Assembly: GCF_006345805.1 (NCBI RefSeq)
Contig: NW_021835904.1
Coordinates: forward strand, 1-37,940
Direction: 5' to 3'
Length of the DNA: 37,940 nucleotides
Source: Octopus sinensis
Lineage: Eukaryota
The notes below the pieces were generated by a model. That model was not told where the DNA came from, did not search any database, and saw only the letters and a list, made by a program, of their open reading frames with translations. Below, in pieces: positions 1 through 11,146 of this stretch (within the stretch, counting starts at the first letter, position 1; the number at the start of each line of letters is the position of its first letter). Both the position numbers and the translations under genes were made by a program.

Positions 1-432
1 GGAATATTCGCAGCTGAGTTTTCTTCGTCAGTCATGAGCCAAAATATCATAGTGGTTTCACACCATTATCATTGAGACCACTCAATCTTGGAGGCGCCAG
101 CTCTGTTATTAAGTTATTGGGAGAAAGCTAGCGAATGTATAGTGAGACAGAAACAAACAAGACGTTATATAAATATAACAGACGAAGAATTATGCACATA
201 TAACAGCATGAAGCCTTACGGCTATATACAACAAAAGGAAAAAAATTATATTAATTATACAATTACCACAAATATAATAGAAACAATTTTGCAGCTATCG
301 AACGAACTTGGTGAGGTTGCGCAAGGTGAAATGGAGTAATTCCTAATGAACGTAGCAGGAGCCCAAACTAGCTTGACCATCGGTCACGTGATGTATTTGT
401 GTGTATGTGTATATATATATATATATAATTAA

Positions 433-635
433 GGTCACCGGCGGGCTAATACACTAGAAGTAGATATCAAATGTCTATAAACCACTCTAAATTTGTTCTC
501 CTTTTGGCACAAAGCTAAATGCCGAGAGTCCATTTTCCCGCATTCAGGTTTGTGCCAAAAGGTGAAGAAATTTAGAGCGATTTGTAGACATTTGACATCT
601 ACTTCTAGCGTATTGGCGTTGTCCCTCCAGCGTCC
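433..635. mobile_element. Foldback/MITE-like element with 66-bp inverted arms (448-513 / 549-614), bounded by TTAA on both sides
   Basis: Manual alignment of the left arm to the reverse complement of the right arm gives 59/66 identity. TTAA at 429-432 and 636-639 (ttaaGG...CCttaa). No coding capacity. Confidence 0.7.
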
Positions 636-738
636 TTAATTATAATTATGTATTTTTAATTATATACTTAAATATTAATTTATACGATATGGTGGTTATT
701 ATACGCTGGCCTCTGATAAAATCGTTTTAATGATTATT

Positions 739-779
<41 letters not shown>

Positions 780-1076
780 GGAAAAAATCAAGGTAAAAAA
801 TTCTAAAATAATTTTATAAAAAACATTTCAGTACCGGTTTCGGTCATTGAAACTTTTTCAACTGTAAGAATGGAAAACAATTAAATTTTGGAAAAATTAA
901 ATAAAATAATTTTTAGAAGAATATTTGCAGAGTATTCAAATACAAGGGGTATTTTCCTTGTTTCTTCCTGTCTCTGTCTAATATAATTAATAGCCACAGA
1001 AGCAGTATTAATTGCGAAAGGTAGTATTTATCACCACTTAAAAACACAAAAGACTGCGATAGCAACCATGAGAGAC

Positions 1077-1195
1077 ACTCTCATATGAACTTATGGTGCA
1101 ATTCTGGCGGCGGCGATGTCGTTTGATCATCTCCTGCTGGCGGTATACACAGGAGTGCTTATATGCATCAATGCACCAAAAATCCATATGAGAGT
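1077..1195. mobile_element. Small MITE-like foldback (24-bp terminal inverted repeats)
   Basis: actctcatatgaacttatggtgca (1077-1100) vs reverse complement of 1172-1195: 21/24 identical. Internal ctcctg/caggag pair. Confidence 0.5.
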
Positions 1196-1349
1196 TTCTA
1201 TACACACACACACACACATATATATATTTATATATATATAATGTGCGGAAAGAGACCCTGTGAGACCTCTGACAGCAAGTTGCTGTCCGCTCTCACAGAA
1301 TCTACCAGAGCAAACGAGACCGAGCGCTCTGAGAAGTAAAACAATGACA

Positions 1350-1350
<1 letters not shown>

Positions 1351-1415
<65 letters not shown>
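1351..1415. repeat. (TAA)n microsatellite, about 21 units
   Basis: Directly visible perfect repeat. Confidence 0.95.
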
Positions 1416-1777
1416 TGATGTATCAATACCGGCAGATGACAACGTGTCTCTAAAAGAAATGGAGAAACTCTCAAATTACAAAGACCTGGAAATAGAGGTA
1501 ACCAGAATGTGGAATCTAAAAACAGAAACAATTCCTATCATAGTGGGTGAATTAGGCATGATAAAAAAATATTCAACAAATACATAACAAAAACACCAGG
1601 ACTTACAAACATACATACAGAAAATTGCACTACTCAGGACTGCACACATCCTACGCAGAACACTTTCCATACAATAACCATCAGAGCATCACAACAAATC
1701 ACAGCACATACCTAAGGCACACAGATCTGCGCTCGGTAGTGAAGTGAAAGCACGCTATAAAAATAAAACTACAGAAA
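1416..1777 (+). mobile_element. 5'-truncated RLE-type non-LTR retrotransposon 3' end (R4/Dong- or HERO-like), frameshifted
   Basis: Translates DVSIPADDNVSLKEMEKLSNYKDLEIEVTRMWNLKTETIPIIVGELGMIKK, then after a frameshift QKIALLRTAHILRRTLSIQ* (stop 1675-1677). This matches the C-terminal restriction-like endonuclease pattern (DV.IP...KE.EK..KY.DL..E..RMW...PI.VG.LG). A 3' UTR and (AAT)n follow. Confidence 0.8.
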
Positions 1778-1798
1778 AATAATAATAATAATAATAAT

Positions 1799-1999
1799 CC
1801 TTTCTACTTTAAGCAGATGGCCTGAAATTTAGAAGGGGATATTCGATTACATCGACCCCAGTACGCGACTGATATTTATTTCATCGACTCCGAAAGGATA
1901 AAAGGCAAAGTCGACTTCAGCGGAATTTGAACTCAGAACATAAGGGCGAACGAAATGCCACTGAGCATGTTGCCCGGCGTGCTAACGATTCTGCCAGCT
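1799..1999 (-). mobile_element. tRNA-derived SINE family A, alternative (ATT)n-ending tail, diverged
   Basis: Minus strand has A-box-like TGGCAGAATCGTT and B-box GAGTTCAAATTCC, and the body matches the other family A copies. Confidence 0.8.
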
Positions 2000-2606
2000 A
2001 AACTAATTAGGGAACCACCTCGACATGGTCACCCGAACAGCTAGAATTAGCTGCCAGTTTCTTCTTAAATCTCTCCTCAGGCTACTGCGTGGAGGAAGCG
2101 AGATCGCATTTGAGAAACTAGAACTTGACTTCAAAAAAAAAAAAAAAAATTGAAGGTTGATGTTCATTGCGGTCGTTATCGTTGTTTAGCCCATGGTCGA
2201 CCATGATCAAGATGACCTATGGCCAAACGATCTCCAGTCATTATCGTTCTGTATTTCTTTTACATGCTGGAACACACCACTACATGAATATATAACTATA
2301 TTGCAAAATATTCTCTCATACTTGTGAAATATATATTCATGTGTGCATGTATATACATGCATATATTTCAAAGTTTCTGTACATATACATGACAACCATG
2401 CCAACATGGAAAACGGACGTGAAACGATGATGATAATGATGATTGTGTCAATATTTCAGCCTTAACTAACGTGTCCTTTTTCCAGAAAGTGTTTGTGTAG
2501 AGAAATAATTTGAGAGAAATTTCGCTGCTAATTCTAGCAGGTTGGCCGAAGGCATAGTGACTTCGATTTTGGCTCCCCTTTAAGCATAGATGATAATAAA
2601 GATATT

Positions 2607-3372
2607 TAATTATTGCCCACAGGGGGCTAAACATAGAGGAGACAAACAAGGGCAGACAAACGGATTAAGTCGATTATATCGACACCAGTGCGTAACTGGT
2701 ACTTATTTAATCGACCCCGAAGGATGAAAGGCACAGTCGACCTCGAGAATTTGACTCAAACCGTACGGCAGACCAAATACCTATTCTTTACTACCCACAA
2801 GGGCTAAACACAGAGAGGACAAACAAGGACAGACAAAGGGTAAGTCGATACATCGACCCCAGTGCGTAACTGGTACTTATTAATCGACCCCGGAAGGATG
2901 AAAGGCAAAGTCGACCTCGACTGAATTTGAACTCACAACGTAACGGCAGACAAAATACCTATTTCTTTACTACCAACAGGGGCTAAACACAGAGGGACAA
3001 ACAAGGACAGACAAAGGGATTAAGTCGATTACATCGACCCCAGTGCGTAACTGGTACTTATTTAATCGACCCCGGAAGGATGAAAGGACAAAGTCGACCT
3101 CGACTGAATTTGAACTCACAACGTAACGCCAGACAAAATACCTATTCTTTACTACCCACAAGGGCTAAACACAGAGAGGACAAACAGGGACAGACAAAGG
3201 GATTAAGTCGATTAATCGACCCCATGCGGTACTGGTACTTATTTAATCGACCCCGAAAGGATGAAGGCAAAGTCGACCTCGGCGGAATTTGAACTCAGAA
3301 CGTAACGGCAGACGAAATACCGCTAAGCATTTCGCCCGGCGTTCTAACAATTCTGCCAGCTCGCCGTCCTTT
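2607..3372 (-). mobile_element. Head-to-tail tetramer of SINE family A (one full unit plus three 5'-truncated units)
   Basis: Unit junctions at 2780/2781, 2958/2959 and 3141/3142 (period about 180 bp). TSD gatgataat(t)aaagatatt at 2589-2606 and 3373-3391. Confidence 0.9.
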
Positions 3373-3477
3373 GATGATAATTAAAGATATTGTACCCCTG
3401 AAAATCAGAATCCCTCTAGAGTAATTGATTAAAGGCATTCCAAACGTGCCCATTCCATTTTTCTTTTTAAAACGACG

Positions 3478-3845
3478 TATTACTCTTTTACTCTTTTACT
3501 TGTTTCAGTCATTTGACTGCGGCCATGCTGGAGCACCACCTTTTAGTACTTATTCTATCGGTCTCTTTTTGCCGAACCGCTAAGTGACGGGGACCTAAAC
3601 ACACCAGCATCGGTTGTCAAGCAATGCTAGGGGGACAAACACAGACACACAAACACACACACATATACATATATATACATATATATACGACAGGCTTCTT
3701 TCAGTTTCCGTCTACCAAATCCACTCACAAGGCATTGGTCGGCCCGGGGCTATAGCAGAAGACACTTGCCCAAGATGCCACGCAGTGGGACTGAACCCGC
3801 AACCGTGTGGTTGGTTAGCAAGCTACTTACCACACAGCCACTCCT
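3478..3845 (-). mobile_element. tRNA-derived SINE family B (about 400 bp, internal TA/TG microsatellite, AAGAGTA tail)
   Basis: Reverse complement of the family B copy at 8636-9047. Confidence 0.85.
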
Positions 3846-3982
3846 AAAATATAAGGATGTCGAGACACTAATTTCCTGACATCATTTCAATTTGACCCAG
3901 GAAAAGGCCTTGGGCGTTGTCCTTCCTCTTCTGACTATGAAATAAATATTAAAAAATACAAAATAAAGAAGTTACTAACATT

Positions 3983-4595
3983 GGCGCAGATGTGGCTGTT
4001 TAGTAGAGAAGTTTACTTTCCAAGCACGTGAATCTGGCTTCAGTACCACTGTATGGCACCTTAGGCAAGTGTCTTCTACTATAGCCATGGGCCGGCTAAA
4101 GTCTTGGGTGGATTTTGTAGACGGTAACTTAGAAACCTGTTGTGTGTGTGTGTGTAGGTATGTTCATATATATATATGTGTGTGTGTATATATAAAAAAT
4201 TAAAACCATACGCTGGGGGACTTACCTCCTCTTGTCAGTCATTAAGATAGTACTTTGTGCTCTAGCAATAGTGGTGCTATTCAGTACCCTCTGTCACTAT
4301 TGTGACCTCTCTCTCTCTCTCTCTCTCTATTTATACACACACATATATGTATGTATGTATATATGTATGTATGTGTATGTATGTATGTGTGTCTATGCTG
4401 ATATATATCTGTGTGTTTGTGGTTGTGTTTTCACCTACCAACGTTGACAACTGGTGTTGGTTTGTTCACGTCCCCGTAACATAGCTGTTTGGCAAAAGAG
4501 AAACCAATAGAATAAGTACCAGGCTTTTTTTTAAAAATCAATACTGGAGTCTCGATTCGCTCGACAAAATCCCGTCAATGCGATGCCCCAGCATA
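3983..4595 (+). mobile_element. SINE family B, diverged and internally interrupted
   Basis: Head ggcgcagatgtggctg..., central caccttaggcaagtgtcttctactatagcc and 3' part gacaactggtgttggtttgttcacgtccccgtaac match family B. Confidence 0.7.
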
Positions 4596-4681
4596 GCCCC
4601 CGTTTCAAATAGATACTACAATGTAAGTTGGAAACAAAGAAGCGAAATCAGAAACAAACGTCGTGAGTTTTTCCTTATATA

Positions 4682-4912
4682 TATTTCTTTACTACCCACA
4701 AGGGGCTAAACACAGTGGGGATAAACAAGGACAGACAAACGGATTAAGTCGATTACATCGACCCCAGTGCGTAACTGGTACTTAATTTATCGACCCCGAA
4801 AGGATGAAAGGCAAAGTCGACCTCGGCGGAATTTGAACTCAGAACGTAACGGCAGACGAAATACGGCTACGCATTTCGCCCGGCGTGCTAACGTTTCTGC
4901 CAGCTCGCCGCC
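4682..4912 (-). mobile_element. SINE family A, full-length, young
   Basis: Near-identical to 16694-16927. A and B boxes intact on the minus strand. Confidence 0.9.
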
Positions 4913-5452
4913 ATAACCTATATTTCGGCTTTAAAAGCCCTTCTCAAAAGAATTTAAGACTGAGCTTAGTTTTCTATTTTGTGTAGATATGTGGGGATAT
5001 CAGTAGGTATATGACATGAGCAGATTGTTATTTATAAAATAGCCAAGTAGTACTGCGCAACTATGGTTTCTTATTGAGAATATAATTTAATTTTTTTAAT
5101 GAATCGCATCTTTACTCCTCAGATTTCTAGTATTTCGTTCTATGGTTTTCATTGACACCGTAATGTCATTGTTACAACATTAATCCAGATGTTTTCTAAC
5201 ATCTTTCCACATGTTTGTGTGAATGTGTTTTTAATGCCTATAAGCAGTTTTCTGAACTGTTCTGTCGATGTTAAGCCGCCACATTTTTACATGCTATACG
5301 TAAGTTTGTGTAAGAGAGATACATAAATCAGGAAGGTCACTGTGTAGACATTACTCCAAATGATAAATAAGAATTAAAAAAATAATTAAAAACAAACATC
5401 TATACGAATGAAAAAAGATATTCACCTCAAAAACATGAGTCTAGTAGACTGT

Positions 5453-6121
<669 letters not shown>

Positions 6122-6453
6122 TGCGCGGGGACATAGAAATAATCGGACTGAATACCCAATCGCGCGGTTAAACCATTGGGAGTGAAGGACTCCTAGCCTT
6201 TGTTAGGGCATCCTTCTAGGAGAAGGCAACTCAGGTAACTGGGATAACTCCGACATAAAACCTGCGGCTCAGTGATTACCGATGATGTTGACTTGTTCTT
6301 CTTTTCGGATTATGGCTGCTGTTGCTTAGTGAGTGGGATTGACTCAGTGCACAGCCTTTCCTCACTTTAAAAAAATCTTCTTGCCCAGGCATTGCACGAT
6401 AACAACGATTAAGCTTCGTGCAATGGCCATACTCGATAACGAGGGGGCAGCCA

Positions 6454-6490
<37 letters not shown>

Positions 6491-6955
6491 CAGACACACA
6501 TATACCCTGTTAAACCTTCATTTTCAAAGTTGACTTAGACTTAACCTCCCTCATAAGAACATTCAACAATGAAGATCATAGCCACGCAAGTTACCGAAGA
6601 AGCGCGACTGCTCCCGCCTACACCACATTTTCTCTGTTTTCTGATGAATAGGAAAACTACGAAAGAGGAGGTATTCCTTGTCTCAGACATATGTGACATT
6701 TTTTTATCAATGAATCGAAAGGTCCACCGTCTGCTTGTGTTCTAAGAAGCTTGATTCATAACCTAACAGTGTATCAACGGAACTGTGAAAATGTGCAAGA
6801 CTTTTGTAAAATTCATCATATAACTATATTTTTACTTGTGTTATTATTTACATTCCAATGATGCAGCTTTAATACAAATCAGCCCTTTCCTATAAGGTTT
6901 CAAAGAAAGACAGATATAACTCCAGTATACATACATACATACATACATACATACA

Positions 6956-6987
<32 letters not shown>

Positions 6988-7299
6988 CGTGCTTCAGCAT
7001 ATGGTCGCCTGTTTCTAGGAGAAAAGGAACTGGGAAGATATGACATACTTCAATATCAATTTCTGATAGAGACATTACCAATTTCAAATCGAATATCGTG
7101 ACATGAATGATAACCTGGTGAACTGAGTCTACGAACCAGGGTCAATTCGCAGCAATGACAACTTTATTACTCCACTAATGCCCTGGGAAAAAGCAGATAC
7201 AACGCATGTACATTTCTGCTCGCATCTTTGCCATGCCCTGAATTAATTGATAATTGGCGAGCGCTAAAAGAAACCTTTGATGACGGCCCGGTCAGATAA

Positions 7300-7528
7300 T
7301 TATTTCTTTGTTGCCCACAGGGAGCTAAACATAGTGTGGATAAACAAGGACAGACAAAGGGATTAAGTCGATTACATCGATCCCCAGTGCGTAACTGGTA
7401 CTTATTTAATCGATCTCGAAAGGATGAAAGGCAAAGTCGACCTCCATCGAATTTGAAATCAGAACCTAATGGTAGACGAAATACTGCTAAGCATTTTGCC
7501 CGGCGTGCTAACGATTCTGCCAGCTCAC
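7300..7528 (-). mobile_element. SINE family A, full-length, 13-bp TSD
   Basis: TSD cccggtcagataa at 7287-7299 and 7529-7541. Confidence 0.9.
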
Positions 7529-8635
7529 CCCGGTCAGATAAACAAGTCAAGTTTATTACACCTGTGATGGTGCTAGATTTTCAGAAATGGTAGCGTGATG
7601 GACAAAATACCTTGCTGCATTTAGTTGCGTAACTTTACGTTTTTTTCTCTCATTATAAATTCCGCCGGGTCGACTTTGACTTTTATCATTTCAGAATCGA
7701 TGGCAACCGTGCACGATACACGTATGTGTGTGTGGTGGTGGTGGTGGTGAGGGGTAGTGGATGTGCGGGGAGATTATGTAAGGTATGAGTGGTGTCGAGT
7801 TTTGAAATTAAACTTTGACTGGTGTTTCGTTTGCTGTGTGGCGCCAGTTGTTGTTTAGTCGTTTTTAGCATCTTCAATAAGTATTCGCGGTTGTGCATGC
7901 AAGGAGCGATTAATTCTGATTTTAAGTTCAAGATAGACAAAAAATGAACACAAAGTGCAAGCTTTCTTTTGCTCCTAAGCTTGATTTGTCGTTCATCTTT
8001 TCGGGAATAATAAAATAATGTACCAGTTATGTTACTATGGTTAATATAATGGATTATTCTCTATCACCCTAAATATAAGATCTTGCACCTACTTTAGAAA
8101 CTAGTTTATAATACTTGTGAACAGGATGAATATTTGTTTTATAGTTCTTTGAATTTTCAGTATAGCTCATATTTGTCCAAATATATAAATGTCCGAATGG
8201 TTACTAAGCAATTCAACATGTGTCATTGTCCTAACGGTTACGAATGCCATAACTCTTTGTTTAGAAATAAAGGTTTCTGGTACACGAATAGAAATAAGGC
8301 TCTTGACGATGATCAGAGATAAAGCGTACATGTACGTGTAGGAGGTGGTTTATAAATTTCGACCTCTAAAAACGTGATTAATAGTCTGAAGTCCGAAAAT
8401 GTAAAAAACTCAACAGAAACTTATTTTACAGACTTTGAACAATGATGAAAGAAGGATTTGAATCGATTCAGAGACGATTTAATACAGCAATATTGCAATT
8501 ATTCTTCTATTTTGTTACCTTTATCTCAGTTGTGATTCATAATCGAAAGAATTAGTTATATAAAGAAAAAAATGAAACTCTATGACTATAATCCATGGAC
8601 TTAAGAAATGGATGATTTCCATTTCTCAACAAAGT

Positions 8636-9047
8636 GGCGCAGGAGTGGCTGCGTGGTAAGTAGCTTGTTTACCAACCACATGGTTCCGGGTTCAGTCCCA
8701 CTGCGTTGCACCTTGGGCAAGTGTCTTCTACTATAGCCTCGAACCGACCAAAGCCTTGTGAGTGGATTTGGTAGACGGAAACTGAAAGAAGCCCGTCGTA
8801 TATATGTATATATATATGTGTGTGTGTGTCTCTGTGTGTGTTTGTGTGTCTGTTTGTCCCCTCAACATCGCTTGACAACCGATGCTGGTGTGTTTACGTC
8901 CGCGTAACTTGGCGGTTCGGTAAAAGAGACCGATAGAATAAGTACTAAGCTTACAAAGAATAAGTCCTGGGGTCTATTTGTTCGACTAAAGGCGGTGCTC
9001 CAGCATGGCCGCAGTCAAATGAACAAGTAAAAGAGTAAAGAGTAAAG
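8636..9047 (+). mobile_element. SINE family B, full-length
   Basis: tRNA-like head (GTGGCTGCGTGGTAAG A box, GGTTCAGTCCC B box), family body, AAGAGTA tail. Confidence 0.9.
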
Positions 9048-9649
9048 TAAAAAAAATATGTACCAAAATGAAGGAAGACAAAGCAGTATTTAACCACTCA
9101 TCCGAAACACTAGTACCCGTAATGCAGTCATAACTGTCGTTAAGAAATTCGTCTCGCAACCATAAGGCTTCGAGTTCTAATCTACTGCAAGACGCCTTGG
9201 ACAAGTTTCTTCTACGTCTGTTGCTTAGCCCAAGGCCTGTGAGACACAGTAGACTTAAGATTAAAGATATATTAGTCTTGAATATTTTAATCGTTTTTAT
9301 TTTTCAGGCGTAATATATCTAAGACAACAGTAGCCTTTCTTACCTAAAACGGAACAGCGTGGTTTGAAGAATAGAACACACAAAAGTTTAGAATTCTAAT
9401 AACCTGTTAATAGTCGGTGTCAGCAACAATTAATCCACCAGAATTACACTAGATATTTTAAATTATAGAAAAGAGTGGAATCTAACGTTTCGGACCTTCG
9501 TCTTTCACCTGAGTGTAAAGAAGTTAGAAAAACGAGAGAGAAGGGGAAGAGAAAATTGTGTTAATCACTTTTGGTCGTAGGCAAAATCATTCTGAAATAA
9601 CTGAAGCCGAAGGAATGATGTATGTGCATGTATGTGTTGTGTGTGTGTG

Positions 9650-9693
<44 letters not shown>

Positions 9694-10199
9694 ACCGAGT
9701 TGATAGAGACGTAAGATTGAAGGTGGCGAGAGAGAAACAGAGAGACAGAGAGACAGGAAGAATGTGAGTGTTGATATATAACAGTCAAAAGTCTGATGTG
9801 CATGATGAACAAAGTTGGAGAAAGCAAAGAATTAAAAAGACATGGGATATTGAAAGAACCAATGCATTGAGTAATGAAATAATAAAAAAGAATTCGAATG
9901 AAGGAAGAAGAACGGTAAGTATAAGAGGAGGTAGACGAAGAGCAACCTCACGCAAAATGTGGGTAAAAGGCAACCATAGAATATTCCTAATTGAGAAAGG
10001 GCGAATTATTTGGTCAGTAGTTGCCAAAGAAATTGATTGCTCTCATGTACATACGCCCATGCATGCGCATACGTAAGGTCGTATCAGAAACGAAGACATC
10101 CACGTATATATACATTTACATGGGTGTGTGTCTACGTACAAACATAACATATGGCACGTTTTAAAGCAAACACCCATGCAACATGCATATATAAACAAA

Positions 10200-10445
10200 T
10201 GTATAGCATACATATATACATATACATACATGCACATATGTATGACAACATATACATACATACATACACACACATACATACATACATACATACATACATA
10301 CATACATACATACATACATACATACATGCATGCATACATACATACACACATACATACATACATACATGCATACATGCATACATACATACATACATACATA
10401 CATACATACATACATACATACATACATACATACATACATACATTC
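10200..10445. repeat. (CATA)n microsatellite
   Basis: Directly visible. A second array lies at 10780-11092. Confidence 0.95.
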
Positions 10446-10473
10446 ACGCATATAGATGTATAATGACACAAAA

Positions 10474-10761
10474 GGTAGCGAGCTGGCAGAAACTTTAGCG
10501 CGCAGGGCGAAATGCTTAGCGGTATTTCATCTGCCGTTACGTTCTGAGTTCAAATTCCGCCGAGGTCGACTTTGCCTTTCATCCTTTCGGGGTCGATAAA
10601 TTAAGTACCAGTTATGCACTGGGGTCGATGCAATCGACTTAATCCCTTTGTCTGTACTTGTTTGTCCCCTCTAAAGGTTTCTGGTACACGAATAGAAATA
10701 AGGCTCTTGACGATGATCAGAGATAAAGCGTACATGTACGTGTGGTCAATAAAGAAATATA
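10474..10761 (+). mobile_element. SINE family A carrying a 72-bp foreign insertion near its 3' end
   Basis: Family A head and body at 10474-10671, insert at 10672-10743, tail ggtcaataaagaaata resumes. TSD tgacacaaa at 10464-10472 and 10767-10775. Confidence 0.85.
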
Positions 10762-10779
10762 TATACTGACACAAATATG

Positions 10780-10913
10780 CACGCACACACATACGCACAC
10801 ACACGCATATACACACATACACATATACATACATACATTCATACATACATACATCCATACATACATGCATACATACATGCATACATACATCATCCATCCA
10901 TCCATCCATCCAT

Positions 10914-10944
<31 letters not shown>

Positions 10945-11024
10945 TACATACATACATACATACATACATACATACATACATACATACATACATACATACA
11001 TACATACATACATACATACATACA

Positions 11025-11058
<34 letters not shown>

Positions 11059-11092
11059 CATACATACATACATACATACATGCATACATACA
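10780..11092. repeat. (CATA)n/(CATC)n microsatellite
   Basis: Directly visible. Confidence 0.95.
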
Positions 11093-11146
11093 TCCTTGTA
11101 TACGCAATCATAGATACAATATAGATATAGAATAGTTGCAGTGTGG

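Noticed and set aside
88-339. 83-aa ORF at the window start (and similar short ORFs at 9768-10076, 15808-16113, 36153-36443)
   Set aside because: No recognisable domain, non-ATG or weak starts, and no splice context.
1127-1531. 134-aa minus-strand ORF with poly-Ile
   Set aside because: It is the antisense reading of the (TAA)n tract and the retrotransposon stub.
2607-3372. Regularly spaced repeats as a CRISPR-like array
   Set aside because: The units are ~180-bp homologous SINE copies with no unique spacers, in a eukaryotic context with no cas genes.
6130-6450. Possible 5' fragment of an RTE-type LINE (cttctaggagaaggcaactc...taaaacctgcg)
   Set aside because: The resemblance rests on a short remembered motif only, with no coding motifs or second copy to support it.
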